Below the pieces are notes generated by a model. The model ran no database searches. It saw only the letters and a program-made list of their open reading frames with translations, and was not told the DNA's origin. A stretch of DNA of 64,000 bases from Patescibacteria group bacterium (lineage in GTDB: Bacteria > Patescibacteriota > Patescibacteriia > Patescibacteriales > WJLG01). Shown here in pieces: positions 34,853 through 44,137 of the stretch; positions within the stretch are counted from its first letter, which is position 1, and each line of letters opens with the position of its first letter. Made by a program: the position numbers and the translations under genes. The DNA lies in contig JAQTUZ010000003.1 of NCBI GenBank assembly GCA_028707065.1, forward strand, positions 66,501-130,500, in the 5' to 3' direction.

Positions 34853-36658
34853 TTAATTTTCTGATTCAATTCTTTTCCTCTCCGCCCGGATCCGGTCCAT
34901 CTCGGTCAGGTATTTTTTGCGCATCCGGATATTTTTCGGGGTAATTTCCAAATATTCATCTTCTTTCATAATTTCCAAACCGCGCTCTAAAGTAACCGGC
35001 AAAGCTGGAGTTAATAAGATCGCTTCGTCAGAACCGGAAGCTCTCATATTGGACAAGCGCTTGCCCTTGATCGGATTAACGGTAAGATCATTGCCCTTGG
35101 CCACATTACCCACCACCATTCCTTCATAAACTTCAGTATTGGGATCAATATATAAAGCGCCGCGCTCCTGCAGATTCCAAAGCGAAAAAGCCAGCGCCTT
35201 CCCCTGCTCCTGGGAAACCATCGAACCAAGGTCGTGCTTTTCGATTTCGCCGGCGAACGGCTTAAAACCGATGAAGCGCGCGCAGAGAATTCCTTCGCCG
35301 CGGGTATCCATGATGAATTCGCCGCGGTAGCCTAAGAGCCCGCGGGTCGGTATTTCGAACACGATCCTGGTCTGGCCGAATTCCGGTTTCATTTCTGTCA
35401 TTCTCCCCTTCCGCTTGGACATTTTCTCGATCACGACGCCAGTCATATTTTCCGGCACGTCGATCACGGCTTCTTCGTACGGCTCCAAAGTCTGGCCGTC
35501 TTTTTCCTTATAAATAACGGTCGGCTGGGAAACTTGCAACTCAAAACCTTCGCGGCGCATATTTTCCAAAAGGATGGCGATATGCATTTCGCCGCGGCCG
35601 TAAACTTTATAAAATTCGCCGGAGGAAAAATCGACTTTCAAGCCGACGTTAACTTCCAGTTCCTTCTCTAATCTTTCTTTGATCTGCCGGCTGGTGACAT
35701 ATTTGCCGTCGCGTCCGGCAAACGGCGAATTGTTCACTAAAAAATTCAAGGAAATGGTCGGCTCATCGATATCGATCGCCGGCAGCGGTTCTTGCGCGTC
35801 GTTCTGGCAGATCGTTTCGCCGATATAAATATCCGGCAAACCGGCCAGCATGATAATATCTCCGGCCTCGGCCTGCGCTTCTTCTTCACGCTTCAAGCCT
35901 TTGAAAGTGAAAAGTTTGGTGATTTTTCCGGTACGAATTCCGCCGGTCGGCTGTTTGATGATTACGTTATCAGTTGATTTGATCGTGCCTTCATAAATCC
36001 GGCAGATCGCCAAGCGGCCGATGAAATTATCATAAGCCAGATTAAACGGCTGCAAGCGGAAAGGCTTGGCCGATAATTCAGCCGAAGAAGCGACCGGAAC
36101 GTGCTCTAAAACAGTATCCAGAATCGGCGACAGATCTTTGGCCTCGTCTTCCATTTTCAATTTAGCGATGCCGGCGCGGGCCGCGGCATAGACGACCGGA
36201 AAATCCAATTGCTCGTCATTAGCGCCTAAATCCAAAAATAATTCAAAGATCATTTCTTCGACAGTTTCGACGCGGGCGGCCGGCTTATCGATCTTATTGA
36301 TAACCACGATCGGTTTCAAACCGAGCTCCAAGGCTTTTTTCAAAACAAATTTAGTCTGCGGCATCGGGCCTTCCTGCGCGTCAACGACCAGCAAAACCGA
36401 ATCGATCGAACGCAAAACGCGCTCGACTTCGGAACCGAAATCGGCGTGGCCGGGCGTATCGACGATGTTTATTTTCGTCCCTTTATAGATAACCGAGGTA
36501 TTTTTGGAATAAATCGTAATGCCGCGCTCCTGTTCCAGAGCGTTCGAGTCCATGCTGACGCCTTCCTCGGCCATGCCGGTTTGGCGCATCAGCGCGTCGG
36601 TTAAAGTTGTCTTGCCATGATCGACGTGCGCGATAATGGCTATATTACGTATATCCAT
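34853..36658 (-). CDS. typA: translational GTPase TypA/BipA
   Basis: 601 aa. [29 protein letters not shown], followed by EF-G-like domains. Confidence 0.96.
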   Translation of the reverse strand: MDIRNIAIIAHVDHGKTTLTDALMRQTGMAEEGVSMDSNALEQERGITIYSKNTSVIYKGTKINIVDTPGHADFGSEVERVLRSIDSVLLVVDAQEGPMPQTKFVLKKALELGLKPIVVINKIDKPAARVETVEEMIFELFLDLGANDEQLDFPVVYAAARAGIAKLKMEDEAKDLSPILDTVLEHVPVASSAELSAKPFRLQPFNLAYDNFIGRLAICRIYEGTIKSTDNVIIKQPTGGIRTGKITKLFTFKGLKREEEAQAEAGDIIMLAGLPDIYIGETICQNDAQEPLPAIDIDEPTISLNFLVNNSPFAGRDGKYVTSRQIKERLEKELEVNVGLKVDFSSGEFYKVYGRGEMHIAILLENMRREGFELQVSQPTVIYKEKDGQTLEPYEEAVIDVPENMTGVVIEKMSKRKGRMTEMKPEFGQTRIVFEIPTRGLLGYRGEFIMDTRGEGILCARFIGFKPFAGEIEKHDLGSMVSQEQGKALAFSLWNLQERGALYIDPNTEVYEGMVVGNVAKGNDLTVNPIKGKRLSNMRASGSDEAILLTPALPVTLERGLEIMKEDEYLEITPKNIRMRKKYLTEMDRIRAERKRIESEN

Positions 36659-36672
36659 AAACTTACTTGTGT

Positions 36673-36792
36673 ATATAATGCGAACCTACGAATTTTACGC
36701 GAATACCGCAAACTATTTATCGAATAAATTCTAGTAATTCGTTAAATCTATTCGTGGTATTCGCGAACAATTCATGGTATTCGTATTATATA
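36673..36792. repeat. family C palindrome
   Basis: atataatgcgaacctacgaattttacgcgaataccgc...attcgtggtattcgcgaacaattcatggtattcgtattatat. It begins 15 nt from the typA start codon. Confidence 0.8.
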
Positions 36793-36933
36793 ACCGCCAT
36801 ATCAGTAACGAGTCATTAAAATAAAAAACTGCCCGGAAAAAGCAGAATTAACTGACTTATTAAAGATAATTATATATTAAAAATCTAAAAAAGTCAAATA
36901 CTACAGCAAATTATCTTAAAAATATGGGCAATA

Positions 36934-36962
36934 TTGACATTATATTAAAAATATGATATTGT
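36934..36962 (+). promoter_or_regulatory. promoter TTGACA-17-TATTGT (TG-extended)
   Basis: TTGACA at 36934-36939. tgaTATTGT ends at 36962. Confidence 0.6.
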
Positions 36963-37024
36963 GCTAACCAGTTCAAATTAAGCTGTATTTTACAACCCAT
37001 TCCAATCCAAAGAAAGGATAAGTT

Positions 37025-38128
37025 ATGAAAAGACTTATCGCCTTGTTGTTCGTCGTTTTAACGTTGTCGTTGGCCTGCAGCAAAACCATTGTCGGGCCAA
37101 TCCATCACGACCAATCCCCTGCCTTGTATGTTTCTCTGGACAGCGCCAACGCGTTGACGACCAAACTCCCCTATCAACTGGGCGGATGCGTCACTCAATT
37201 TTTGGCGGCCGTAAAATTGCAGGCCAAGGACAGTCTGGTGCAGATCGACACCCTCAAAGTATTTTGTTCCGCATCAACGCCGGCCAATATTTTCTGCAAT
37301 CTGCTTCTGGTCGATGATCAAGGCAATGTGCTTGCTGCCAATCCCAATGTGCAGTCGACGACAATTTTCACCAACGTCGGCAAGATCGGTGATCAGGCCC
37401 GGACAATTTATCTGAAAGCTGATTTGAATAAAATCGGCAAAGATGAAGTCGGACAGATCAATGCCACGGCGAGTTTCCGCTTCGGTGGCATTGCCGCTAG
37501 CTACGCAGGAAGTAAAAAAGCGATTTCTAACATCCGCTACGAGAACGATTCCAGTCTTGAGCAAACCAATCCGTCACAAACTATCACCGTCGTTGCGGCC
37601 AAAATCGCCGCGGTTGATTTGGTCAATTCTAATGAAACAGCGGCGGTAGCGGCAAAAATCAGCGGAACCGGCTGGTGCAATGTGGCGATTATCAAAGTGG
37701 CAACCTCCGCCTCCTCAAACACCATCGCGAACGGCGATCCGGCTCGAATAATTTTGGATAAGATCAGAGTTAATATCCAAAAAAATTCAGGGATGACGAT
37801 TAGCGAGGCGCAAATCGGTCGCGTTCGACCGAGCGATATTTACTTCCTTTCCGCCACTTATTCGGCCACTACTGAATTTGACATGACCCAGCCGTCGATT
37901 GGATCCGATGAAGAAATCGATCCCGTGAGCTCGGTCTATTATCTCGTTAGAGTAAATATTTCCGCGTTAGCCCCGGGCGGCCAGAACTGGATCGAAGTCG
38001 ATCTTAACGATCTGGAAGGCGATGCCACCTCGGCCAATTTTGTCTGGCGCGACGGCAGCGACGCCGCGCAAAAATTTCCCCTTAAGCTTACACTCAACCA
38101 GCTTACTGGAAACAAAATTACCGAGTAG
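37025..38128 (+). CDS. lipoprotein, function unknown (367 aa)
   Basis: Signal peptide with lipobox LTLSLAC-SK. The remainder has a beta-rich composition. Confidence 0.65.
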   Translation: MKRLIALLFVVLTLSLACSKTIVGPIHHDQSPALYVSLDSANALTTKLPYQLGGCVTQFLAAVKLQAKDSLVQIDTLKVFCSASTPANIFCNLLLVDDQGNVLAANPNVQSTTIFTNVGKIGDQARTIYLKADLNKIGKDEVGQINATASFRFGGIAASYAGSKKAISNIRYENDSSLEQTNPSQTITVVAAKIAAVDLVNSNETAAVAAKISGTGWCNVAIIKVATSASSNTIANGDPARIILDKIRVNIQKNSGMTISEAQIGRVRPSDIYFLSATYSATTEFDMTQPSIGSDEEIDPVSSVYYLVRVNISALAPGGQNWIEVDLNDLEGDATSANFVWRDGSDAAQKFPLKLTLNQLTGNKITE

Positions 38129-38148
38129 CAAAATAAGCGATTCAAACC

Positions 38149-38181
38149 CAAGCCCTTGGAAAACCAGGGGCTTGCTTTTTT
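38149..38181 (+). terminator. rho-independent terminator
   Basis: caagccc-ttggaaaacca-ggggcttg followed by ctttttt. Confidence 0.75.
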
Positions 38182-38272
38182 ATCAGGAAATAAAAATCCC
38201 CTGTTCTTTCAAACAAGGGATTTGATCGCTTTTTTATAAAGCGATTTTGCGGCGGATCACTTTATACGGAGA

Positions 38273-38731
38273 TTACCCGTATATCCTGGTTGAGGGACAA
38301 TGTTTGATCGAAGCTTCAGGAACAACGCTTCCGACTTCGCCATTTAAGCTGCCGCAATCAAAAATGCCGAATCGAATTAAAATAACGATAAATGAATTTG
38401 ATTCGGGTTCAGTTTTAAGCGTTAATGAAGCCCCGATAAAACCTTGGCTAAAAATCAAAGCGGGATTGCTGTTTGATTCAACTGAAGGATTCGCGAGATT
38501 GAGTTCATACTCGACAACTCCGCCAACTTTTACCAGAGGATTTTTTTTCTTTTCTCCATGTCCCCCATTCTCTCTGTTTGTGTTCGCGATCATTGCCGCA
38601 ACTATCTTATCGAAAGTTTGGGCTAACCAATTCCGATCGTGCAAACGATTTTCTTTTCCGAACAATGCCCGCAAAGCTCCAGAATCAACCACGCAAGCAT
38701 GCGGACTTGATTCAACTCTCAAAGTGTCCAT
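38273..38731 (-). CDS. hypothetical protein (152 aa)
   Basis: AGGAGG lies 7 nt upstream of the ATG. Preferred over the overlapping plus-strand ORF 38247-38762, which has no ribosome-binding site. Confidence 0.5.
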   Translation of the reverse strand: MDTLRVESSPHACVVDSGALRALFGKENRLHDRNWLAQTFDKIVAAMIANTNRENGGHGEKKKNPLVKVGGVVEYELNLANPSVESNSNPALIFSQGFIGASLTLKTEPESNSFIVILIRFGIFDCGSLNGEVGSVVPEASIKHCPSTRIYG

Positions 38732-39006
38732 CTACTTTCCTCCTAATTTTGGAGTGATTTAAAAAAGAACAGTTAATTTTTCCCAATTAAAAAACCCGCC
38801 TAATTTTTCATTAGCGAGCTGAAACTAATTCAGATTGGTTTGTTTATATTAACGCGGCTACAGTATTCTTCGATCTCCATTTCTTAGACGGAAAAGTTTC
38901 TTTGAAAAATCATGACGAACTTCTCCCCAAAAAATAAAAAATGATTATGACGTAATCTTAGAATATAATATTTTATTTGTCAACAGTTTTTCGTCAATAA
39001 CCCCCT

Positions 39007-39225
39007 CTACTTTTTGCAATAGTAATAGGAATTCAAACCGTTCTCCGACCAGACCGGACAGGCGGCGCAGATACAGCCTTTCGAAGCGACCTCGCATTGG
39101 CTTTTTCCTTTGGCGCAGAATAATTTATCCGCGTTTTTTTTCAGGCATTCATCAGCTTGATAGCTCGGGCAGCCGAGACAAATGCACTTCTTAAAATTTT
39201 CCGGAGTATTGGTCACTGCTGACAT
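39007..39225 (-). CDS. DUF2769-type Cys-rich protein (72 aa)
   Basis: CICLGCPSY...LFCAKGKSQC...GCICAACPVW...YYYC, the pattern I recognise for DUF2769. Confidence 0.65.
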   Translation of the reverse strand: MSAVTNTPENFKKCICLGCPSYQADECLKKNADKLFCAKGKSQCEVASKGCICAACPVWSENGLNSYYYCKK

Positions 39226-39244
39226 AAAATTTAGTAATTATTTT

Positions 39245-40162
39245 TTAATTTATACTAAAATCATTTTTCCAATCGGTCGTTTTCGCCTCGCGCGCCAATT
39301 TAGCCGCCAGCATCACATTAGAGGCCAAAGAATAAATTTCTTTGGTGAAACAATCGCTCAGCACGATCTTTTTATCTTCGTAAGTCGGATTGCAGACCGA
39401 AGACATCGCGTACATATTATTGAACGGCGGGAACAACATCCCGAAGTGCGACAAAGTCATCATCAAGCAGCTGATCGCCATCGAAGTCCCCTCTTCATGG
39501 CCGGCGGTGATGATGCCGCCGATCTTGCCGGAAAACCGGCGCAAAAATCCGCTTCCGGGCACGTCATAATCAACATTCATTTGAACGAATTTCGTGTGCT
39601 TGATATTCAATTCCTTGTCTTTGGGCGAATCCGGATTAGCTGGCGGCAAGCTACCGTCCAAACTGATACAGCGATCGATAAAAGTCGCCATTAGAGTGGA
39701 AATTTTAAAATTATTGACCGGCGTGGCGAAAATGATCGCGTCCGCGTCTAAAATTTTATCATAAAGAATATTGCTCATATCATCGGCGCGGTCAGTCCCT
39801 TTGGGATAGCAGGAACAATAAAAATGGCATTGGGTATTGGTCGTGGAATAACAGGCCTTGCAATATTTGATATGATGATCGCGCAAAGAAATAAATTCGG
39901 TTTTAGCGCCTTGCTCTTCACAAAATTTCAAGCAGCGTTTCAATAATTCGGCCGTGTTGGAATCCTCCTGGGCCATATCATTTACGTCCCGGGCTGAACC
40001 GGAAATGCCCAGCACTTTTATCTCGCCGGTTTTCGGAGTCCCTAAACGCTCGGCCTCTTTGATCGTGGCTTCGCGGATTTCCTTAAATCTTGCCAGTGTC
40101 TTCTCATCAATTTCCAAAACTTTCATCAACTCTTCGTCGGAATATTTTAAATCATTGGCCAT
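39245..40162 (-). CDS. flavodoxin-fold iron-sulfur flavoprotein / NADPH-dependent FMN reductase family
   Basis: 305 aa. VLGISGSAR, compact Cys cluster YCKACYSTTNTQCHFYCSC, and DAIIFATPVNNF. Confidence 0.75.
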   Translation of the reverse strand: MANDLKYSDEELMKVLEIDEKTLARFKEIREATIKEAERLGTPKTGEIKVLGISGSARDVNDMAQEDSNTAELLKRCLKFCEEQGAKTEFISLRDHHIKYCKACYSTTNTQCHFYCSCYPKGTDRADDMSNILYDKILDADAIIFATPVNNFKISTLMATFIDRCISLDGSLPPANPDSPKDKELNIKHTKFVQMNVDYDVPGSGFLRRFSGKIGGIITAGHEEGTSMAISCLMMTLSHFGMLFPPFNNMYAMSSVCNPTYEDKKIVLSDCFTKEIYSLASNVMLAAKLAREAKTTDWKNDFSIN

Positions 40163-40230
40163 AATTGTTTGATGAATTAATTATCTTCTCTGATAATTAT
40201 AGCAAATCTGGCACAAATTGAAAAAGACAA

Positions 40231-40263
40231 AAAAACCACAAAAAAACCGGCCAAAAAGGCCGG
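40231..40263 (-). terminator. terminator downstream of tRNA-Gln
   Basis: ccggcc-ttttt-ggccgg followed on the minus strand by TTTTTTTGTGGTTTTTTT. Confidence 0.7.
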
Positions 40264-40277
40264 ATTTATTTTACAAG

Positions 40278-40348
40278 CTCGGGAGCTTGGATTCGAACCA
40301 AGATTATCGCGTCCAGAGCGCGACGTCTTACCTTTGGACGACTCCCGA
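40278..40348 (-). tRNA. tRNA-Gln (anticodon CUG)
   Basis: Hand-folded cloverleaf. Acceptor TCGGGAG/CTCCCGA, D arm GTC-CAAAGGTAA-GAC, anticodon arm TCGCG-CTCTGGA-CGCGA, T arm CTTGG-TTCGAAT-CCAAG. No encoded CCA. Confidence 0.9.
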
Positions 40349-40366
40349 AAAATATAATCAATATTT

Positions 40367-41092
40367 TTAGTATTTTCTAAACTTTAACAAATTAATGATC
40401 GCTTCAACTTCCGCTTTCCTTGAAATTTGCACCACATTTTCGCCTTTGTGCGGATGGAAACCTAATCCGCGCAAAAGAAAATAAACAATTCTTAAAAGCG
40501 ATTTATTGCAATTTTTGAAAAAAAATTTATAAGTATAGGTTGGGGCATGAACGCAATATGATCCCTCGGCCTCATAAAGTCCTCTTAAAAATCTTATCTT
40601 ATAATCTTCACGGGGTAAAACCCAACCTGGTATTTTAAAAACGATGCCCTTCTTAGGGCCGACGGGAATCTGCAATCTTTTGCTTATAAACTTTTCATAA
40701 ATAGTGACTGTGGTACAATTTGAATGGCTCTTTTTGCCAACATGAGACTTCCTATAAAAGACGCTTTCAACTAAAAAGGCGACTCTCTTTATCAATCCCT
40801 GGTTATTGCTGTTCAAAGAAATTCTCAACACTTCCGTTCTTTGAAGGGCGCCTAAATAACCATCACCCAAAACCATACCTATCAATTCCGCCAAATCGCC
40901 GTTCCTTTCCAGCTCCGGATAATGCGAACGAATTAAACCGTTCTTTTTCGCTTTTTCCCTCCATTTAAAAAAATTGTCTATTTTTTTAACCTTTAACGTA
41001 TTGGAAATTTTCAAAACAGAAGGATGCGTGTATTTAGTTTTCCCCTTATTCCAACTTGATTTCATATGCTTTAAATATAACATGAAAATCAA
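40367..41092 (-). CDS. free-standing LAGLIDADG homing endonuclease (two-motif type)
   Basis: 241 aa. Motif 1 LAELIGMVLGDGYL and motif 2 FLRGLYEAEGSY. It begins 19 nt upstream of tRNA-Gln. Confidence 0.8.
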   Translation of the reverse strand: MIFMLYLKHMKSSWNKGKTKYTHPSVLKISNTLKVKKIDNFFKWREKAKKNGLIRSHYPELERNGDLAELIGMVLGDGYLGALQRTEVLRISLNSNNQGLIKRVAFLVESVFYRKSHVGKKSHSNCTTVTIYEKFISKRLQIPVGPKKGIVFKIPGWVLPREDYKIRFLRGLYEAEGSYCVHAPTYTYKFFFKNCNKSLLRIVYFLLRGLGFHPHKGENVVQISRKAEVEAIINLLKFRKY

Positions 41093-41097
41093 GTTTT

Positions 41098-41120
41098 TCC
41101 TACCATTAGACGATCTCCCA
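41098..41120 (-). pseudogene. 5' fragment of a tRNA (acceptor plus D arm, 23 nt)
   Basis: Minus strand TGGGAGATCGTCTAATGGTAGGA. Identical at 16 of 23 positions to the 5' part of the adjacent tRNA-Gln. The similarity stops in the D stem, and the homing endonuclease ORF starts within about 6 nt (alternative ATG about 15 nt). Confidence 0.55.
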
Positions 41121-41239
41121 AAATCAATTATGAATTATTAATTATAAATTTATAATAAAAGCACCTGAAAATTGGCGCTAAAAAAATATTAAATCATTTG
41201 CGTCAGCCTGTCAATTTATAATTAATAATTTATAATTTA

Positions 41240-42871
41240 TTATCCCACTATTTTCCCCCCGAAAGTTTTCAAGAGATCAGACATCATATCATTCCCCTTC
41301 TCATTTTCCGGCGGCAGTTCATCAGCCGGAACTTCGAGCTCGATATCATTTTCCGGCGCAGCAACTTTATTGCCCGCTTCAGCAACTTCCATATTTTCAT
41401 CGATCACCGCTTCAATAATTAATTGTGTGCCGTAAACTTCGCGCAGCACATTCTGCACGATCTCTTTCATCTTGGCTTCATTGATGCGGTCTTTATGGAA
41501 CTTGTATTTAAAGGCCAGACAAAGCTTATTACCGTGGAGATCCCGCGGCTGGCAAAGATGCAGGATGAACGACAGGGAATGATTGTATTTTTTTATCTTG
41601 GCCAAGACTTCGCTCCAGCGGGACATGATCTTTTCCTGATCAGGAACCGCGCCGCCCGAAAATTTAATCGGCTCTCCAGAATCAATTTTTTTTTCATTTT
41701 CAGGACCGGCGCTGGCCGTCCGACTTTTCGCCGCTCCTTCGACAGCCGCGCTAACGGCCGCCTTTGCCGGTGATACTTTTTCCAGGCACAATTCAGCGAT
41801 TGCCAATTCTACCGGCAATTGGATGATAAAGCTGTTTTTCATCTCCGCTTTCGCCGCAATCATTTTTTCCAAGATCGCGATCAAATATCCGATCTCTAAA
41901 TTTTTCTTCAGATCATTGATCTTAATTTCAAAACTCTCGCCGATATCAAGGCCAAGGCGTTCGCCGAGGCTTGGATTGATCTTGGACAATAAAATTTTCC
42001 GCAAAATTTCCACGAAGTCCCCGACGAACTTTTCCGGATCAACGCCGTCGTCGATGAATTTATTGATCAAAGCGATGGCGCCGGAGGCATCCTTCTTGAT
42101 TAAAAATTCCAACAATTTGATAATTTCGGCAATGTCCGATCGGGGTATCACCAAATCCGCTTCGGCGCGGGTGATCTCTTTGCCCGAGATCGAAACCAAT
42201 TGGCCCAAAAGGCTTTCGGCATCGCGCATATGGCCCTCGGCCTGGCGGGCGATGGCTTCCAAGATTTCACGATCCGCCTTGATCCCCTCCTGCTTAATGA
42301 TATAAGATAGTTTTTTAACCGTATCCTCGATGCTGATGCGGCGGAAATCAAAGCGTTCGCAGCGCGAGATGATCGTGGCCGGAACCTTATGGATTTCCGT
42401 CGTGCAGAGAATAAAAATTACGTGCGCCGGCGGCTCTTCGATCAATTTTAACAGCGCGTTAAAGGCCGAGATGGAAAGCATATGCACTTCGTCGATGATA
42501 AAAACTTTATATTTATATTTGCTTGGCGTAACGCGGGCGGAAGCGATGATATTTTCCCGCACATTATCCACGCCGGTATGCGAAGCCGCGTCGATCTCCA
42601 CGATATCCAGACTGCGGCCGGCTATAATTTCCAAACAGGACGAACATTTATCGCAAGGCTCGAACTCCCCTTCTTTGCGATTTAGACAATTCACCGCTTT
42701 TGCCATCAAGCGGGCAAAAGTCGTCTTGCCGACGGCTCTAGGACCGCAAAAAAGATAGGCATGGGCGATCTTGCCCGTGCCGATCTCGTTTTGCAGAGTA
42801 ATTTTGATATGATTCTGCCCCACCGCTTCCTTAAAAGTCTGGGGACGATATTTTCTATACAGCGTTGCCAT
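41240..42871 (-). CDS. dnaX: DNA polymerase III subunit gamma/tau
   Basis: 543 aa. YRPQTF, GPRAVGKTT Walker A, Zn module CDKCSSC, DEVHML, and the SRC motif (IISRCERF). Confidence 0.93.
   Translation of the reverse strand: MATLYRKYRPQTFKEAVGQNHIKITLQNEIGTGKIAHAYLFCGPRAVGKTTFARLMAKAVNCLNRKEGEFEPCDKCSSCLEIIAGRSLDIVEIDAASHTGVDNVRENIIASARVTPSKYKYKVFIIDEVHMLSISAFNALLKLIEEPPAHVIFILCTTEIHKVPATIISRCERFDFRRISIEDTVKKLSYIIKQEGIKADREILEAIARQAEGHMRDAESLLGQLVSISGKEITRAEADLVIPRSDIAEIIKLLEFLIKKDASGAIALINKFIDDGVDPEKFVGDFVEILRKILLSKINPSLGERLGLDIGESFEIKINDLKKNLEIGYLIAILEKMIAAKAEMKNSFIIQLPVELAIAELCLEKVSPAKAAVSAAVEGAAKSRTASAGPENEKKIDSGEPIKFSGGAVPDQEKIMSRWSEVLAKIKKYNHSLSFILHLCQPRDLHGNKLCLAFKYKFHKDRINEAKMKEIVQNVLREVYGTQLIIEAVIDENMEVAEAGNKVAAPENDIELEVPADELPPENEKGNDMMSDLLKTFGGKIVG
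41686..41694 (-). promoter_or_regulatory. A9 run (A AAA AAA heptamer in the zero frame) in dnaX: candidate recoding/slippage site
   Basis: Codons 393-396 are GAA AAA AAA ATT. The -1 frame reads AAT TGA immediately after the run. Confidence 0.45.
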
Positions 42872-42875
42872 AAGG

Positions 42876-42937
42876 GAAATTAGAAATTAGAAATTAGAAA
42901 TTTGGAAACTAATTTCCAATTTCAAATTTCCAATTTC
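42876..42937. repeat. family D palindrome, copy 2
   Basis: gaaattagaaattagaaattagaaatttggaaactaatttccaatttcaaatttccaatttc. It begins 5 nt from the dnaX start codon. Confidence 0.85.
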
Positions 42938-42973
42938 TGCTTGATTCAGTAAAAAATCTTACTTTAAAAAAAA

Positions 42974-44041
42974 CTATTTACTCTTAATAACATTATCTAC
43001 CGCTCCCCAGGCGCTGTCGCCGGCGATCGGAACGAGCAAGACAACCTTGTCGCCCTGAATGCCTTTGTAATAAGTGATGCTCGCCGTGATGACGCGGAAC
43101 TTTTTATGTTCAGCCTTAACCAGATAATTCCCGTTGGCGTCTTTTTCCAGTTTGCCGATCAAGCGTTTTCTTTCCACCGGCTTGGTTTGTTTATAAATAA
43201 AAGTGCCGCGGTCCGTAATCGTCAATTTTAGCATATCGCCTTCCACTAATTTTGATTTGGAAGCGTAGTTGGCCGGGACGCTGTATTCTTTGCCGTCCGG
43301 ACCGATCATATTTTCGCCGTTAAAAACCCCTTCGATAACTTTGCCGCCTTCTTCTTCGTCAGCGATCAAGCCGTCGCTTATTTCACCAATACTGATGCGC
43401 TCTTCATCGCCATCATCAAGCAAACCGCCGAATAATGAAACCAAATTGACGGAACTTTTTTGAATATTTTCCAAAAGCTGTTTGGCTAAAATAATTTTTG
43501 ATTTGGAAACGATAACGCTGTCTTCACTGACATATTCTCCGTCGTCTCCATCGGAATCCTCTTCCAAATCTTCATCTTCATCCTCGCCCTCGTCTTCGGT
43601 CAGATCGCTTTCTTCAACTTCATCCTCGTCCGCCGTAGCTTTAGCGAAGGCGGGCTCGTCCGCCGTAGCCTTGGCGAAGGCGGATTCATCAGCTTCCATT
43701 TCTTCTTCCGCCTCATCTTCCTCCGCCTGCTCGTCGCTTTCCTCCTCATCGGCAATCAAAGGATTAACAGCGGCAGGAGCAAAGATCGGCGGCGATACTT
43801 TCAAATCATCCTCTTCATCCAAATCAAAATCCTCGTCCTCGTCCACCGTAGCTTTAGCGAAGGTGGGCTCGTCCGCCACAACCTCATCGGCGGAAACGGG
43901 CTCGTCCGCTTCTTCGTCTAAATCTTCTTCCAAATTTTCTTCAGCCTCGTTTAAAATTTCATCATTGTCGGTAAGGTCATCAGACCCTAAACCGGCATTA
44001 AAATTAGAAATTGGCATATTTTTGTTTTTATTTTCACCCAA
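42974..44041 (-). CDS. acidic repeat protein with conserved C-terminal beta-rich domain (355 aa)
   Basis: The N-terminal 190 aa or so are D/E-rich with three (P/S)(T/A)FAKAT(A/V)DE units. The C-terminal 150 aa are non-repetitive. No family recognised. Confidence 0.6.
   Translation of the reverse strand: MGENKNKNMPISNFNAGLGSDDLTDNDEILNEAEENLEEDLDEEADEPVSADEVVADEPTFAKATVDEDEDFDLDEEDDLKVSPPIFAPAAVNPLIADEEESDEQAEEDEAEEEMEADESAFAKATADEPAFAKATADEDEVEESDLTEDEGEDEDEDLEEDSDGDDGEYVSEDSVIVSKSKIILAKQLLENIQKSSVNLVSLFGGLLDDGDEERISIGEISDGLIADEEEGGKVIEGVFNGENMIGPDGKEYSVPANYASKSKLVEGDMLKLTITDRGTFIYKQTKPVERKRLIGKLEKDANGNYLVKAEHKKFRVITASITYYKGIQGDKVVLLVPIAGDSAWGAVDNVIKSK
43628..43870. repeat. three copies of a 30-nt GC-rich unit GTCCGCCGTAGC[TC]TT[AG]GCGAAGG[CT]GG[GA][CT]TC inside the acidic-protein gene
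   Basis: Units lie at 43628-43657, 43658-43687 and 43841-43870. Each encodes xFAKATxDE on the minus strand. A related core is in the intergenic element at 12690-12715. Confidence 0.8.
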
Positions 44042-44137
44042 AGGGTGATCACCCCTTGGGTGAAGTTTTTGTCTTTATTTATACCTACATGATATATGAA
44101 AAAAGCCCCTTTTTCAAGGGGCTTAAATCGTTCGGTT

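Noticed and set aside
38247-38762. 171-aa plus-strand ORF
   Set aside because: It overlaps the minus-strand ORF 38273-38731, which has an AGGAGG site. The plus ORF has none and begins inside a terminator region.
40367-41092. Prophage or integrative element at the tRNA-Gln locus
   Set aside because: Only the homing endonuclease gene is present. There is no integrase, no att-like long direct repeats and no phage genes.
40278-41120. tRNA gene split by a homing-endonuclease-containing intron
   Set aside because: The upstream fragment's acceptor strand TGGGAGA is not complementary to the 3' acceptor strand CTCCCGA of the downstream tRNA. That tRNA is complete on its own, and no intron core elements were seen.
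43482-44048. 188-aa Ser-rich plus-strand ORF
   Set aside because: It is antisense to the D/E-rich repeat region. GAx/GAA codons read as Ser/Phe-rich on the other strand. No start signals.
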